DNA of 50,931 nucleotides from Octopus bimaculoides. Taxonomy: Eukaryota. The DNA lies in the NCBI RefSeq assembly GCF_001194135.2, contig NC_068988.1, positions 84,830,794-84,881,724 of the forward strand. Reading direction: 5' to 3'. Shown in pieces: positions 23,950 through 36,101 of this stretch (position 1 is its first letter; each line of letters opens with the position of its first letter). The notes beneath the pieces were generated by a model. The model was not told the origin of the DNA, made no database searches, and saw only the letters and a program-made list of their open reading frames with translations. Position numbers and translations under genes: made by a program.

Positions 23950-24001
23950 ACGAAGGCCTTGATGAATACCACTAGGTATGAAAATACATATTCGCCTTTG
24001 T
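23950..24001 (+). ncRNA. Minimal type I hammerhead ribozyme fold, PLE-LTR-like context
   Basis: Stem I ACGAAGGC/GCCTTTGT (8 bp, one G-U); core C-TTGATGA; stem II ATACC-ACTA-GGTAT; GAA; stem III AATA-CA-TATT; cleavage triplet UUC (C23993); AATAAA at 24045-24050. Confidence 0.75.
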
Positions 24002-24243
24002 ACATTTAATTCTTTATATTGAACACTCAATGTTTCATATATTCAATAAAACATTCAATACTTCATTTCATTTTACCATCTATTTTTATATTATATATCA
24101 TATATTCCATATTCTATATCCCACATTAATTTTACAAGAATATAAATAAAACATAAAAAACAGAGTTGGAACTCTTTTAAATAAAATAATATATTCCTCT
24201 ATACACGATCATACAAAACTCTTTTTTTGTATTTATTTTTACT

Positions 24244-24277
<34 letters not shown>

Positions 24278-24301
24278 AATATAGATTTATATATATATGA
24301 A

Positions 24302-24334
<33 letters not shown>

Positions 24335-24829
24335 GTTTGTGTGTGTAGTTTTAATTTACTTACATTCTTCCACACACACACACACACATACACACACACA
24401 CACATATATATATATATTTTAATTTCCTTTTCTCCCTAATTTTTTTTTTCTGGAATTCACCATCATTTTCCTTAAAGAATATTTACTCAATTTAACCATC
24501 TCAGAATTTTTCATTATATCTATTGAAATTGTAATTTAACATTATTTTGAAGACAATCTTTGTTTTGTTTTACTGCTTTTTTCCTTTCGGTTTCTCCTTT
24601 CTCTTCTTTCTAGATTATTTTGTGGTGTTCTTTGATATGGCTTTTCTACTCTTCCATGACATTTACATATTCATAAATATTATTTTCAAAGAAAACCTTT
24701 AAGTGTGAAAATTTATCTCTGCTGCCATTTTCATTACTATGTTGTTGTTGTCACTGTTGCTGTTTTGTCAGTAAAGGAATCCATATAGAAATGCACAGAT
24801 AAATCCTTTTTTGTGAATGCAATGAATAT

Positions 24830-24891
24830 GATAACGACAACGATGATAGTGATAGTTTCAACAACAAGAACAACAGAAGCAGCAGCAGCAG

Positions 24892-24966
<75 letters not shown>

Positions 24967-24976
24967 TAGTAGTAGT
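24830..24976. repeat. Compound (ACA)/(GCA)n/(GTA)n microsatellite
   Basis: Direct reading. Confidence 0.95.
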
Positions 24977-24977
24977 T

Positions 24978-26000
24978 AATGGATTTTTAAAAGAGATAAG
25001 GACCGAGCCTTGCTGCTCAAGAACAAGCTTTACGAACCAACTCAATCAAGCGTGGCATTGATACGACAGCAGTATCACCTTTGTGTAGATTATGTGAAAA
25101 CACATCTGAGACAGTTTGACAAAATAATTTGTGGATGTTCAAAACTGGTCCAAAAGGAGTTAAAAAAAAACACCATGCCATGACAAAGTGACAGTATGAA
25201 TGCATTTGTGCAGGAAATATGGGCTAGAAAGTTCCAATAAGTGGTACGAGCACCAACGTTTGGTGCTCGTACCACTTGTGTGATCAGGTGAAACTTATAT
25301 GGGATATGCCAATCTACACATAAGAAGCAGCAGCATAACCAACCAGATAATACTCTCCTATGGAAGGAGTTCAAAGAACAAACCTTCATTCACGTAGCTA
25401 TACCTGCAGACCAAAATATTATGAAGACAAAAGAACGAGAAAGTTGAGAAGTACTAAAACATAACATTGGAAGTGAAATGCATCCTTAGAGCTTCTAAAG
25501 TGAGTGTGCTACCTATCATGATTGGTGCACTTGGGACCTTTTCAGAGAAAGCCACAAATACCAAACTTCATTGGAAGTACATTGTTAGCAGCAATATTTG
25601 GGACAGCACATATGTTAAGAAAAGTGTTGCATCTCTGAGCTGTGGGAAGGAGCTGAGATGTGACAAACATACACTGGCTCGGGAACGAAATTTGCTTAGG
25701 GGGTGCAAACCCAGGTCCAAATTTTTTTACAAACAAGGTCTTGTTTTTTTTTCTGTTATTTATTTTTGTGTTTTATTCTTTGAAAAGGAACCTAACTTCA
25801 AGCTACTTTTTACACATCACTTTTTATTCACTGTTTTCTGAACCTGAGGATGATAAGTAGGGGTGCAAATTTTGGTTCTGTACTCTTCAAAAATTCTAGG
25901 GGGTGCGCTTGCACCACCTGCACCCCCTGTTCCCGGGCCCATGCAAACATAACTCAGAAGAAGAAAGGAAAATAGAAAGAATATGAATAAAAATAATAAT
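24978..26000 (+). mobile_element. R4/Dong-clade non-LTR retrotransposon 3' part (zinc knuckle plus RLE endonuclease)
   Basis: AAQEQALRTNSIK; SPLCRLCENTSETV..IICGCSKL; HDKV; RKYGL...KWYEH; KLIWDMPIYT; HVAIPADQNI; VLPIMIGALGT; ends in (AAT)n. Confidence 0.85.
25672..25943. mobile_element. 272-bp hAT MITE inside the R4 element
   Basis: TIRs CACTGGCTCGGGAAC / GTTCCCGGGCCCATG (12/15); perfect 8-bp TSD CAAACATA (25664-25671, 25944-25951). Confidence 0.9.
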
Positions 26001-27049
26001 AATTTCTACTATAGGCACAAGGTTTGAAATTGGGGGGGGGGGCTAGCCGATTACACCAACCCTAGCACTCAACCGGTTCATTTACTTCTCTTCTTGGATT
26101 TTGGTAATCTTTCAGACTAGGTTCATTTACTTTCCTCAGTATTTCTTCTCTTTTTTTCTGTAGTCTTTTAATTACTTCCCAGCCTTCTTGAGTCTCTATT
26201 TGACTCATGATTATCACAAGACAATCAGATGATATTACTCAGAAAAAAATCACTCAGCTTCTAAGTCATTAGCATCTGGCACTGAAAATGAGATAAATGT
26301 TCTTGCTGTGATCTGTGGGCTCTGGAAGCAGCAGTTTCTGGGATTTGTTGTTGTTGTTGCTACCTCTGTTGTTATACACCACTTTCTTTTTCCTCTGCTT
26401 TTCCATCTATTACTAAAAAGCCTCCAAGTGGCTCTTACTGTTTTACATGTAGCAAATGCACTCTCTCTTCTTCATTGCCAGGATAATTGCTTTTTTTCTC
26501 TCCTCACCTCTACAATGGAACACTCCAGAATAGCTTTGTGGTCTTCGGAAGTTATCAATTCTTGTAGGACCATTCCAAATCCCACGAAACCACATACTAT
26601 TTTATGTCACCTCTGTGCACATTACTCACCCATACTATGTTGCAAATGTAACAAGCCAGAGTCAATGCCCATTCCAGTGTCTTTGACCATGTCCCTTGTA
26701 TTTCATTTCTTTAAATAGCTGGAGAAATGTATGGTACATTATTTCTGCTTGCTGTCACAACTCATTCTTGATTTTAAGGACCAGACACAGCCAAATAACT
26801 CTGTTTGGTCAATGGAGAAAACTTTGCACCATATGTAGGCTAGGGCTTCTTGTGACAGCTCTATGCATAACAAATGAAGCCTTCTCTGCTTTTCGGAAAA
26901 TCAAAATATCATTTTCATTATTATACTTTCTTGTATTTGAACTTTGGCAGCATTGTCTTCTGTTGATGTAGAATTGTGTTCATGTAAGCTACATTAATTT
27001 TGTGTCATTACAGGGTTTAGTGTATTGTTTCTGGTGTTATTTTTGTGTT

Positions 27050-28250
27050 TCATCTGCTGTGTAGACTATGTGCAATATGAGTCATGTTATTTTGTTGGGT
27101 GGGATTTGTAATTCATATCCACTGTATAATAGTTGCAATGTGTCTTAATGTTGTTAGATTTACTCATCACCAGTCAGATGTTTATATTTGTTTTGTGACA
27201 AGTGTATGTTGTTTGTATGTTTATTTCAGCATTATGTTGCATCATTAGTATCACTTCTATAATTTATTGTCAACTTTTGTGGGGGATCCTGTAGAGCATA
27301 GATGTGTTGTCCACTGTTTTCCTAACTAGATTTTGTTTTTTGCTTCATGCAGTCTGGTGTAATTCATTGTAATTGTATTGTGAGTCAGGCAGAGACTGAT
27401 ACTTGTATGGCCAATATAACAGTTGGAATCACAAAAGTTTGCAACTGAATATGTAAATCACATTCATCATTTCTAAGTTGTTTGTGGATTGATGTGCTTG
27501 TGGTTTGGCACTATTATGGACGTTTTAAATTTTAGTAGTACATATTATTAGAATTTATTTTTCATTTAGTATAATGCATTTTATGCCCTATTGCGAAGTT
27601 TTGATTGTGTTTATCTAATCTATAATTGGCATTCATTTCATTCATATAATACGCTGATGTATTTTGTGTATTCTTAAACACAATATTACCAAACCAATCC
27701 ATGGATTGGGTTATTCATGCATTATTCAATTGTTGATTAATGATTATTTTATTTTCATAAAAATCTTTATTTACTGCTTTGTAATTCATATACTCAGTGT
27801 AATAGATGTTGTGCAATTGTTTGTGGAGGAAAGTGTGAATGTTATTCTATACATGGATTTTACTACTGACATTAAATATCTGTCTAGACATTCATTGTCT
27901 CTATGCAAATATATGCATGTCTGTATTTTGTGTAAATGAACGTGATGTATCTGTGGTTTTCTATATGAATTTTTATGTCTAGAAATGAGGTTTTTATATT
28001 GCTAAGAGTTTTATTTGTACTGATCTGGATATTGAATAAAAAAACTGAAACAATGGTCAATATTCAGCACAAAACCAAAATAAACACATAGGCAATATAC
28101 AGAAATCACAAACAAAAATTAAAAAAAGAAAACAAACCGACAATACCAAAATTCGAATTCTGTTGATAGTATCTACACCAGACACAGTGACCCTGTCTAT
28201 TATAAATAGAGGAAGTTACAACAGCATTTTAATCAAGCCGACTGTATGTG
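27050..28250 (-). mobile_element. Penelope-like element, RT C-terminus plus GIY-YIG, highly decayed
   Basis: Minus strand: WCRY (RT YxDD position, ~28180), TSFLDIKIHI (~27990), NVIYIFSC..CDSNCYIGHTS (GIY-YIG, ~27400-27470). Confidence 0.72.
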
Positions 28251-28614
28251 AATATACTTTGCTGAAAAGATTTAATAAGAGTAAAACATATACATTACTT
28301 TAAGCATTTGATTACAAAGGCAAGATTCACTCATAAACTGCATTTTGTTAGTGCTACCCCAAACTTTGGATTAGATGATAATGTAGGAGTTATCTCCTTT
28401 ACTGTTTTCAGATTTGTATCTTGCTTGGAAGAAAATTTTGCCTTTGAATTGCAAGGATAAGCGCAGTTGATTAAAGATTTGTTCATTTGTTATTTTAGCT
28501 TCTTCTGTAAATCTAATATAGCAAGTAAGATTCTCGTGTTCTATATATTTATATACATCATGCAGAATGTTTTCTTGCAGTACTTTCCTCTCTCCACCTA
28601 TTGTTGGTTTTATA

Positions 28615-29437
28615 TTGGGTTGGTAACTAAGTTACCACCGATTTTTTAAATTTTGGAATTTAATTGCGTTTTTAAATTTTGGAATCTATTTTGTTTTTCT
28701 TTTTTCTAGTTAATTTTAGCTAATTTTTGTTTATTTTCAGATCATTAAAATGGAATGTCAAGTAAAGAAAAACGAGCATTTTCGACACCTCCTTCTTTTT
28801 GCTTTTAATCAAGGTTCCAAGACCGCAAAATCTGCTCACAACATTTGTGCTGTGTATGGAGAGGGTGCCATTTGCTGAAAGAACCACTTATGATTGATAT
28901 GCCAAGTTCAAAAATGGAAATTTTGACCTCAAAGGCGCACCTCGTTCTGGCCGTCCAGTTGAGTTCAATGAAGAGCGATTAAATCAACTTTTGCATGAAA
29001 ATTCTCGTCAGACGACAAGGGTTCTGCATGCTTTTAGTGACAACAGCAAAAATCAACGAGCCACAATCTCCGCTGGTTTGCTTGCTCGTCACCGCTCAAC
29101 TCATGGACACAAGCAACGATTTCTTTACCGAATTGTTACTGGTAACGAAAAATGGTGCTTGTACATCAATAAGAAACAGCGTAAGGAATGGGTTTACCCC
29201 AGTAAACAAGCGACACTGCACATGAAACAAGATCTTCATCTGCGTAAAACGATGTTCTGTGCATCGTGGGACTAGGAAGGGATTGTCCATTATGTATTGC
29301 TTGAACGGAACCAAACGGTCAACACGGAACTATATGTTCAACAGATGGAATGACTCAACACAGCTATTCAAGAGAAAAGACCTAATCGGCAGCATGGAGT
29401 TCTTCTGCTGCACGTCAACGCCCGCCCTTATATCGCC
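28615..29437 (+). mobile_element. mariner transposon, 5' part, internally deleted, ends in a gap
   Basis: TA|TTGGGTTGGTAACTAAG TIR; ATG 28750 MECQVKKNEHFRHLLLFAFNQG; SGRP; RIVTGNEKWCLY; LLHVNARP. The WVPHEL region is missing. Confidence 0.92.
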
Positions 29438-30190
29438 NNNNNNNNNNNNNNNNNNNNNNNNNNNNNNNNNNNNNNNNNNNNNNNNNNNNNNNNNNNNNNN
29501 NNNNNNNNNNNNNNNNNNNNNNNNNNNNNNNNNNNNNNNNNNNNNNNNNNNNNNNNNNNNNNNNNNNNNNNNNNNNNNNNNNNNNNNNNNNNNNNNNNNN
29601 NNNNNNNNNNNNNNNNNNNNNNNNNNNNNNNNNNNNNNNNNNNNNNNNNNNNNNNNNNNNNNNNNNNNNNNNNNNNNNNNNNNNNNNNNNNNNNNNNNNN
29701 NNNNNNNNNNNNNNNNNNNNNNNNNNNNNNNNNNNNNNNNNNNNNNNNNNNNNNNNNNNNNNNNNNNNNNNNNNNNNNNNNNNNNNNNNNNNNNNNNNNN
29801 NNNNNNNNNNNNNNNNNNNNNNNNNNNNNNNNNNNNNNNNNNNNNNNNNNNNNNNNNNNNNNNNNNNNNNNNNNNNNNNNNNNNNNNNNNNNNNNNNNNN
29901 NNNNNNNNNNNNNNNNNNNNNNNNNNNNNNNNNNNNNNNNNNNNNNNNNNNNNNNNNNNNNNNNNNNNNNNNNNNNNNNNNNNNNNNNNNNNNNNNNNNN
30001 NNNNNNNNNNNNNNNNNNNNNNNNNNNNNNNNNNNNNNNNNNNNNNNNNNNNNNNNNNNNNNNNNNNNNNNNNNNNNNNNNNNNNNNNNNNNNNNNNNNN
30101 NNNNNNNNNNNNNNNNNNNNNNNNNNNNNNNNNNNNNNNNNNNNNNNNNNNNNNNNNNNNNNNNNNNNNNNNNNNNNNNNNNNNNNNNNN

Positions 30191-30241
<51 letters not shown>

Positions 30242-30365
30242 TATACACCCATATATATGCATATATATACATATATATGTATATACATATATGTATGTAT
30301 ATATGTACATATATATATATTTTATTTATATTATTATATGATTGAACGCCATGCATCCATTTCCA

Positions 30366-30367
30366 AC

Positions 30368-30452
<85 letters not shown>
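30366..30452. repeat. (ATCT)n microsatellite
   Basis: Direct reading. Confidence 0.95.
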
Positions 30453-30455
<3 letters not shown>

Positions 30456-31479
30456 CTCTCTGTTAATACTTTCTCTGTATATATCTCTGAATCTCTCTGT
30501 ATCATTCTCAACAGCTGATGCCTGGCACATTTTTTCTTCACTTCTCTGTTTCTTTCACTTGTACCCTCTAAATAGTATCTCTCCCTCTCTCCCCTCCCCC
30601 CTCTCTCTCTCTCTCCTTGTGTTATTCCAATCCTTCTAACTCTTAATAATTGCCTATTTAAATGTCAATGTATCACTTATTGCTACCATCAAGAGAAACA
30701 ACCTTTTGTTTTATCTTGGATTTCTTTATCAAACTGTCACCACTGCCACTACCAGCCCTCAGACCCAGCCCCACCATCACCATCAATGGCAACAGCAAGA
30801 TCTACATCAGTGACAAAAACAACAACAACAACAACAATGATGATTATGATGTTGATGTTCAAGAGCAATGGATGAGGAGACATTACAAGTACCAGATACT
30901 AATGGTGTGGGTGGGGTTAGATCTAGCGTTGGGGGAACAGATGTGCAAAACAAGAACATAAAAGCCTCTTAAAGGACAATGAATCGACAGTCATTAGTGT
31001 TGAATGAGATATAATGCATTATGGTATTTGTTACAGTGCACTGCACTTTTAGATAATCTGAGTTCAAATCCTAATAAGATCGACTTTGTCTTTCATTCTT
31101 TTGGGCTTGGTAAATAAATTACTACTCCAGCAAAATGAATTGGCAGAATTGTTGGAGTACCAAATAATAGTGTGCCTTGTGGTATTGTTCTGGCTCCTTG
31201 TGTTCTGAGGAATTCAAATCTCACTGGTGGTTATGGCTAAACACTGAACCATGGGACCACACACAATGGCTAGAGAAAGGTTATGGGTCTCTGCTACATA
31301 AAGCAGTTCACTGTTGATATTAATGAAGAGGATAGCTATTTGGTGCCAGTCAGGTAACCACACACATCCCAAATTGCTCTTACTGTCATGGCTAGTGCTC
31401 TCCTCTGAACAAATGTAGATTAAGCATGTCACAAAAACAGTGGTTCTTTATTTGAGGAATTAACCAGAGAGAGAGAGAG

Positions 31480-32110
31480 AGAGAGAGCGAGAAGCAGGGT
31501 GAAAAGTGTTCTTTGGAAAATGGAAGGGTTTCCATATACCCTCTTAAGAGGAGGTTGAGGGATCCCTGGCTGAAGTATGCTCCCTCAACAGAATCAGGGA
31601 ATATGGAAGCATGTGTGTATTATTTAAGAGCAAGGATAAGCAAGGCGCTTGCTCTAAACACCTACTAACAAGTCAGCACTGCAGTACATAGGCAGAAGAA
31701 ACACTAAAGTGACAGACTGAGACTCTGGTACAAACATTGCCTCTTGATTCATAGTTACCTTTGCAGCTTGATATGAGCAGGTTGTAACCTAAAGGAACAT
31801 GTAGCTGGGTAGAGTCTTAATGGTTATCCAGAGTCTGATGGCTCTGGAAAATCAACTAGTTATTCCAGAGCTGTATCCTGCAGTAAGAATGGAGTAGGGT
31901 GTTAATCTGTCTGGTGTCATAGAGCAGACCATCCAGTTATTACATACGTGGTAGCGAAGTCAACTTGAGGGTTTTCTGTTCATAAAATGAGAAGTGCTAC
32001 CAACTGTTACTTATATTGTTTACAAGTAAAACCCATTGTATTGTCCAGTTTTTATCTTTTAATGTAATTTTATGTGAGCCCTTGTGGCTAATAAAAGAAT
32101 TTATTATTAT
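31480..32110 (+). mobile_element. Probable LINE (Tx1/L1-like) 3' end
   Basis: Its terminus TGTATTGTCC...CTTGTGGCTAATAAAAGAA resembles the end of the Tx1 copy at 6360-6430; no clear protein motif. Confidence 0.4.
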
Positions 32111-32117
32111 TATCATT

Positions 32118-32241
32118 ATATATAGAAAGATGAGTTCTTAACTTTTGTATGCCGTAGTGATGGATTACGTCAGCTATGTTTACCTTAGTGATGGAATTTG
32201 GCAATCGTATACAAAAGTTAAGAACTCATCTTTCTATATAT
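32118..32241. mobile_element. 124-bp MITE-like element with perfect 33-bp inverted arms
   Basis: ATATATAGAAAGATGAGTTCTTAACTTTTGTAT (32118-32150) is the exact reverse complement of 32209-32241. Confidence 0.85.
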
Positions 32242-32280
32242 TACATTACTGCTGAGTTAACAGTCCTCTCTACATCTACA

Positions 32281-32398
<118 letters not shown>

Positions 32399-32585
32399 TG
32401 AGAGAGCAGTGAGCTCACTCTACTAAAATGATTTGCAGTATTGAGGTATTGTCCCTGCATGCATTGACTCGATACCCCACTGTGGATGACTTAGTCCTTG
32501 ATGTGTAGTCCTGTGAGATATCACAGACAATGGGAGAGATGATGAGAAGTGGCAGAGGAGGTAGTGGTAGTTGTGGTGGTGGGAA

Positions 32586-33853
32586 GAAGTTCTGTCCGAA
32601 TTTTGAATAAAGAAAACAAATGATCAAATGTTGTATTTAATTGAAATTTAATCATCAATGTACTTTCCCTGATCATCTATGACTTCCTTCCATCTATTTA
32701 CAAGCTTTTTAATCCCACCAATGTAAAACTCTTTTGGTTTCAAAGCGAAGAACTCTGAAATATCAGTTTCGACCTCCTCCTGGCTTGCGAAAGTTATGTC
32801 CCCTAAATGATTCTGTAAACTACGAAACAAATGGTAGTCTGAAGGAGCAAGGTCGGGAGAATAAGGTGGATGAGGAATTTTTTCCCAACCAAGCTCTTTG
32901 ATCTTCTGTGATGTGATCTTTGCAGTGTGGGGTCACACATTGTCCTGATGAAACATCACTCCTTTTCAATTCACTAAAGCGGGTCTTTTTTTCTTCAAAG
33001 CTTGGTTCAAACACTCAAATTGCTGACAGTAGACTTGAGCTGTTGCATTAGGTGGTAACAATTCAAAGTGAATTACTCCTATGCTATCCCACCAGATAGA
33101 GAGAAGAACCTTTTTCCCATGAAGTTCCCTTCTCGGTTGTGGTTGAGCTATTTCCCTTTAACCAAGCCACTGTTTACGACGTTTAACATTTCGATAGAAG
33201 ATTCTTTTTCGTCACCAGTCACATATCTATCCAAAAAGGGTGAAATGAGTTTGCGAGAATGGAGAGAAGAGCTGATGTCAACTCAGGATTTGCAGTTGCT
33301 TTCGGACAATTCATGAGACACTCATTTTCCAAGTTTAGGAACCTTTCCAAGTCCTTGAAGATGATGATGAACAGTTGTATGGTTTTAACTAAGCTTTATT
33401 GCCAATTCTTCAACTGATAATGCAGGATTTTCTTCAAGTAATGCCTCAAGGAGCTTATCATCAAACTCAACTGGACGTCCTGTTTGATCTTCATCTTCAA
33501 GGCGGAAATCTCCACTTCTGAATTTTGCAAACCATCTTCTGCAAGTTCTTTCATTCAAGCATTCTTTCCCACAAACTGAGTGTATGTTTCGAGTCGTTTC
33601 GGCTGCAGAGTTTCCTTTTTTGTACTCATGAAGCATTATGTGCCTCAAATGCTCTTTGGATACTTCCATGTTAGAAAGGGTTTTAATCAAAGAAATTTTG
33701 ATTCTATTATTCTGTAAAATAATATTTAATTAGTTTAAATGTACACAAATGCATCAAAATAATTTTTAATTCCATTAGACATTCCAAAATACTATTAAAT
33801 TTCATTCAATTTTAAAAAAGGTAAAATCGGAGAGAACTTATGGGATGACCTGA
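32586..33853 (-). mobile_element. Near full-length mariner (D,D34D), transposase pseudogene 33669-32648
   Basis: MEVSKEHLRHIMLHEYKKG...; *VSHEL; IVTGDEK; HQDNV*PH...HPPYSPDLAPSD with 34 aa between the Ds; TIR TA|TCAGGTCATCCCATAAGTTCTCTCCG on the minus strand, other TIR partial (AAGTTCTGTCCGAATTTT). Confidence 0.95.
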
Positions 33854-33879
33854 TAGAAGAAGAAGAAAAAGAAGGTGCC

Positions 33880-34260
33880 ATTGTTACTGCTGCTGGTGGT
33901 GGTGGTGGCAGTGGCGGTGGCAATGGTAGTGGTGGTGTTGCTGATGATAAAGTGGTGATGATGATAGTGAGCATGTTTATGTTGATGATGATGATGATGA
34001 TGATGGTGACAATGATGATAATGGTGGTGGTGATGGCTCTAAATCCCTTGAGAAAAAAATAGCAAGAGATGAGATTTATCTTCAACTAAACATGGCCAGG
34101 CTAATGCTTGACGTCATTGTGAGGTATAGACTGACTCTTGGTGGGGAGATAAAGAGAGAGAGAACGATAGAGAGAATGCTATAGAAAGAAGAAGAAGAAG
34201 AAGAAGAAGAGAGGGAGAGAAGAGAGAGGGAGAGAAGAAAGAGACTAATTTAGAATGGAG
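33880..34260. repeat. Low-complexity (GGT)/(GAT)/(GAA)/(GA) tract
   Basis: Direct reading. Confidence 0.85.
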
Positions 34261-34899
34261 AGAGTGGGGGAAGGAATGAGGAAACTAAATATTTAACTCT
34301 AACGAGAAAATTTGCAGCTGCAGAGGTGTTACTGCAATTATTGTGTTGTAGTAGTAGTAGTAGTAGTAGTAGCAGCTGATGTTGTTTATGCTTTTGCAGC
34401 CATTGTTGTTGTAATTGTAGCTGTTGTAGTTGTTGTGAAGTAGCTGGCAAAATCTTTAGAGTGTTAGTCAAAATATTTTATGTTCCATGGTCAAATCCCG
34501 CTGAGGTCAGCTTTGCTTTTCTCCCTTCTGAGCTGATTAAAAAAAAAACAATGTACCACAGACAATGTTCAAATACCTCAGGGGGCTGGGCTCTGCAAGG
34601 TATTCTGCCCTTGTCTTCAACTTTGTTCTTGCAGCTCCTGTGATAACATTGATGCCTAGAGCCTAGCTGTATTAACACTTGCTCTTTCCTTGAACAACAT
34701 CAATGATGTGGAGAGGACTGAAATACTGTGTGATCAACTTCTGGTGTTTCATGCCACCTTGCCCAACCCTGTGTCTAGAAAAGACACTCCAGTATCATCT
34801 CACCATGCCACTCTACCAACGCAGATGGAAGTAAATCTTTCCTGGTGCAGGTCAATGCCTTCATGAGATATATGGAGGCTAATGAAGTTGTTGGCAGAA

Positions 34900-35085
34900 T
34901 CATTAGAGTATTGAACAAAATGCTTATGGGCATTTCTTCCATCTCTTTACATTCTGAGTTCAAATCCTGCCGAGGTTAGCTTCGTTTTCATACTTTCAGG
35001 GTTGATCAAATAAAGTATCCGTCAAATACTAAGGCCAATGAAATTGACTTGTCCCTTCCCAAAATTGCTGGTCCTGTACTGAAAT
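34900..35085 (+). mobile_element. SINE family A copy
   Basis: TCTTTACATTCTGAGTTCAAATCCTGCCGAGG body. Confidence 0.75.
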
Positions 35086-35339
35086 TAGAAAGTATTATTT
35101 TAAATATCTGGGAGAAGTCTACACGACTACCTCCACAGTCATTATGTGTGCCATACTGAACAACTGCAGTTAATATCAATCCTGTCTGAGACATCATTGA
35201 ATGTTTCTTTTTGTGTCTATTATAAAACCTCATTTTCAGTGGGGTGGGGCATTCTTCTGTTAGAGACTTTGAGGTTTAGTGCTTCGCATCAATAATAATA
35301 AACCCATACACATAGCATTTTAAACGTTTTCAAAATTTT

Positions 35340-35600
35340 ACCAGGCCTCAAACTGAATGTCACTGTGCTATTCCAAAGGCCCCAGCTATACCATCTAGAG
35401 TGAGGACCATGTACTGCAATATCTCGGGATTCAAGGGACTACAGCTATTTAATGTTTGCCAAAACATCTGAGGGATCTTCATGGAGTAGGGGTAGATGTT
35501 TTCAAGAAACAACTTGACCTCCTGTTGTTCAAGGTCCCAGATGAACTTTTATCATGGCAAGAAACTCAAAAGAGGGCAGCAGTGTCAAATTCCCCGCTTC
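35340..35600 (+). mobile_element. CR1-type LINE 3' end fragment
   Basis: TMYCNISGFKGLQLFN..PKHLRDLHGVGVDVFKKQLDLLLFKVPDE matches the CR1/L2-like ORF2 C-terminal pattern. Confidence 0.7.
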
Positions 35601-36101
35601 ATCAAAAACCAATTGCATAAGAATGACCATTGAAAAGGTGATTACACTGGTGGTGCTTCAACATGGCCACAGACGTTGGGTTGAAACATAAAAAATAAAA
35701 GAAAAAATTGATAAATCCCTGTCGCCATATTTCACACTTCTAAATTCATCAGCTTTGTCCAACAGAAATCTTTGGAGTTCATTAATGTGCACCAAAGAAC
35801 CAGTAGAAGGATCCACCACCTCGTACTTGAGCCTCATAACTTAAGTTCCCTAATGTTTTTGTTACACCCTCCTTTAGTCTGTAAGAGATTATCCCCCTAT
35901 TTACAAGCATGCATGAGTTGCACAGAGTTTATTGAGACAAATTTTCAATGTCCAGATGAATAACATTATTTGTATGACAGGGATACTCATTCACATCAAT
36001 CTCAAGATGTCAGGCACAAACATACACAAACTCACATGCACACATATATACAGGCATACATACATACATTTAAACATATATTCACATTATTTATATATAT
36101 A

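Noticed and set aside
26200-26970. Coding-like stretch with short ORFs on both strands
   Set aside because: All frames are interrupted and I could not match a motif with confidence; possibly an old TE, left unannotated.
29259-30356. ORFs of 150-360 aa spanning N runs, also at 11503-12158, 36328-37442 and 41239-41918
   Set aside because: Gap artefacts; only the Tc1 ends at 37442 and 36328 are real coding sequence.
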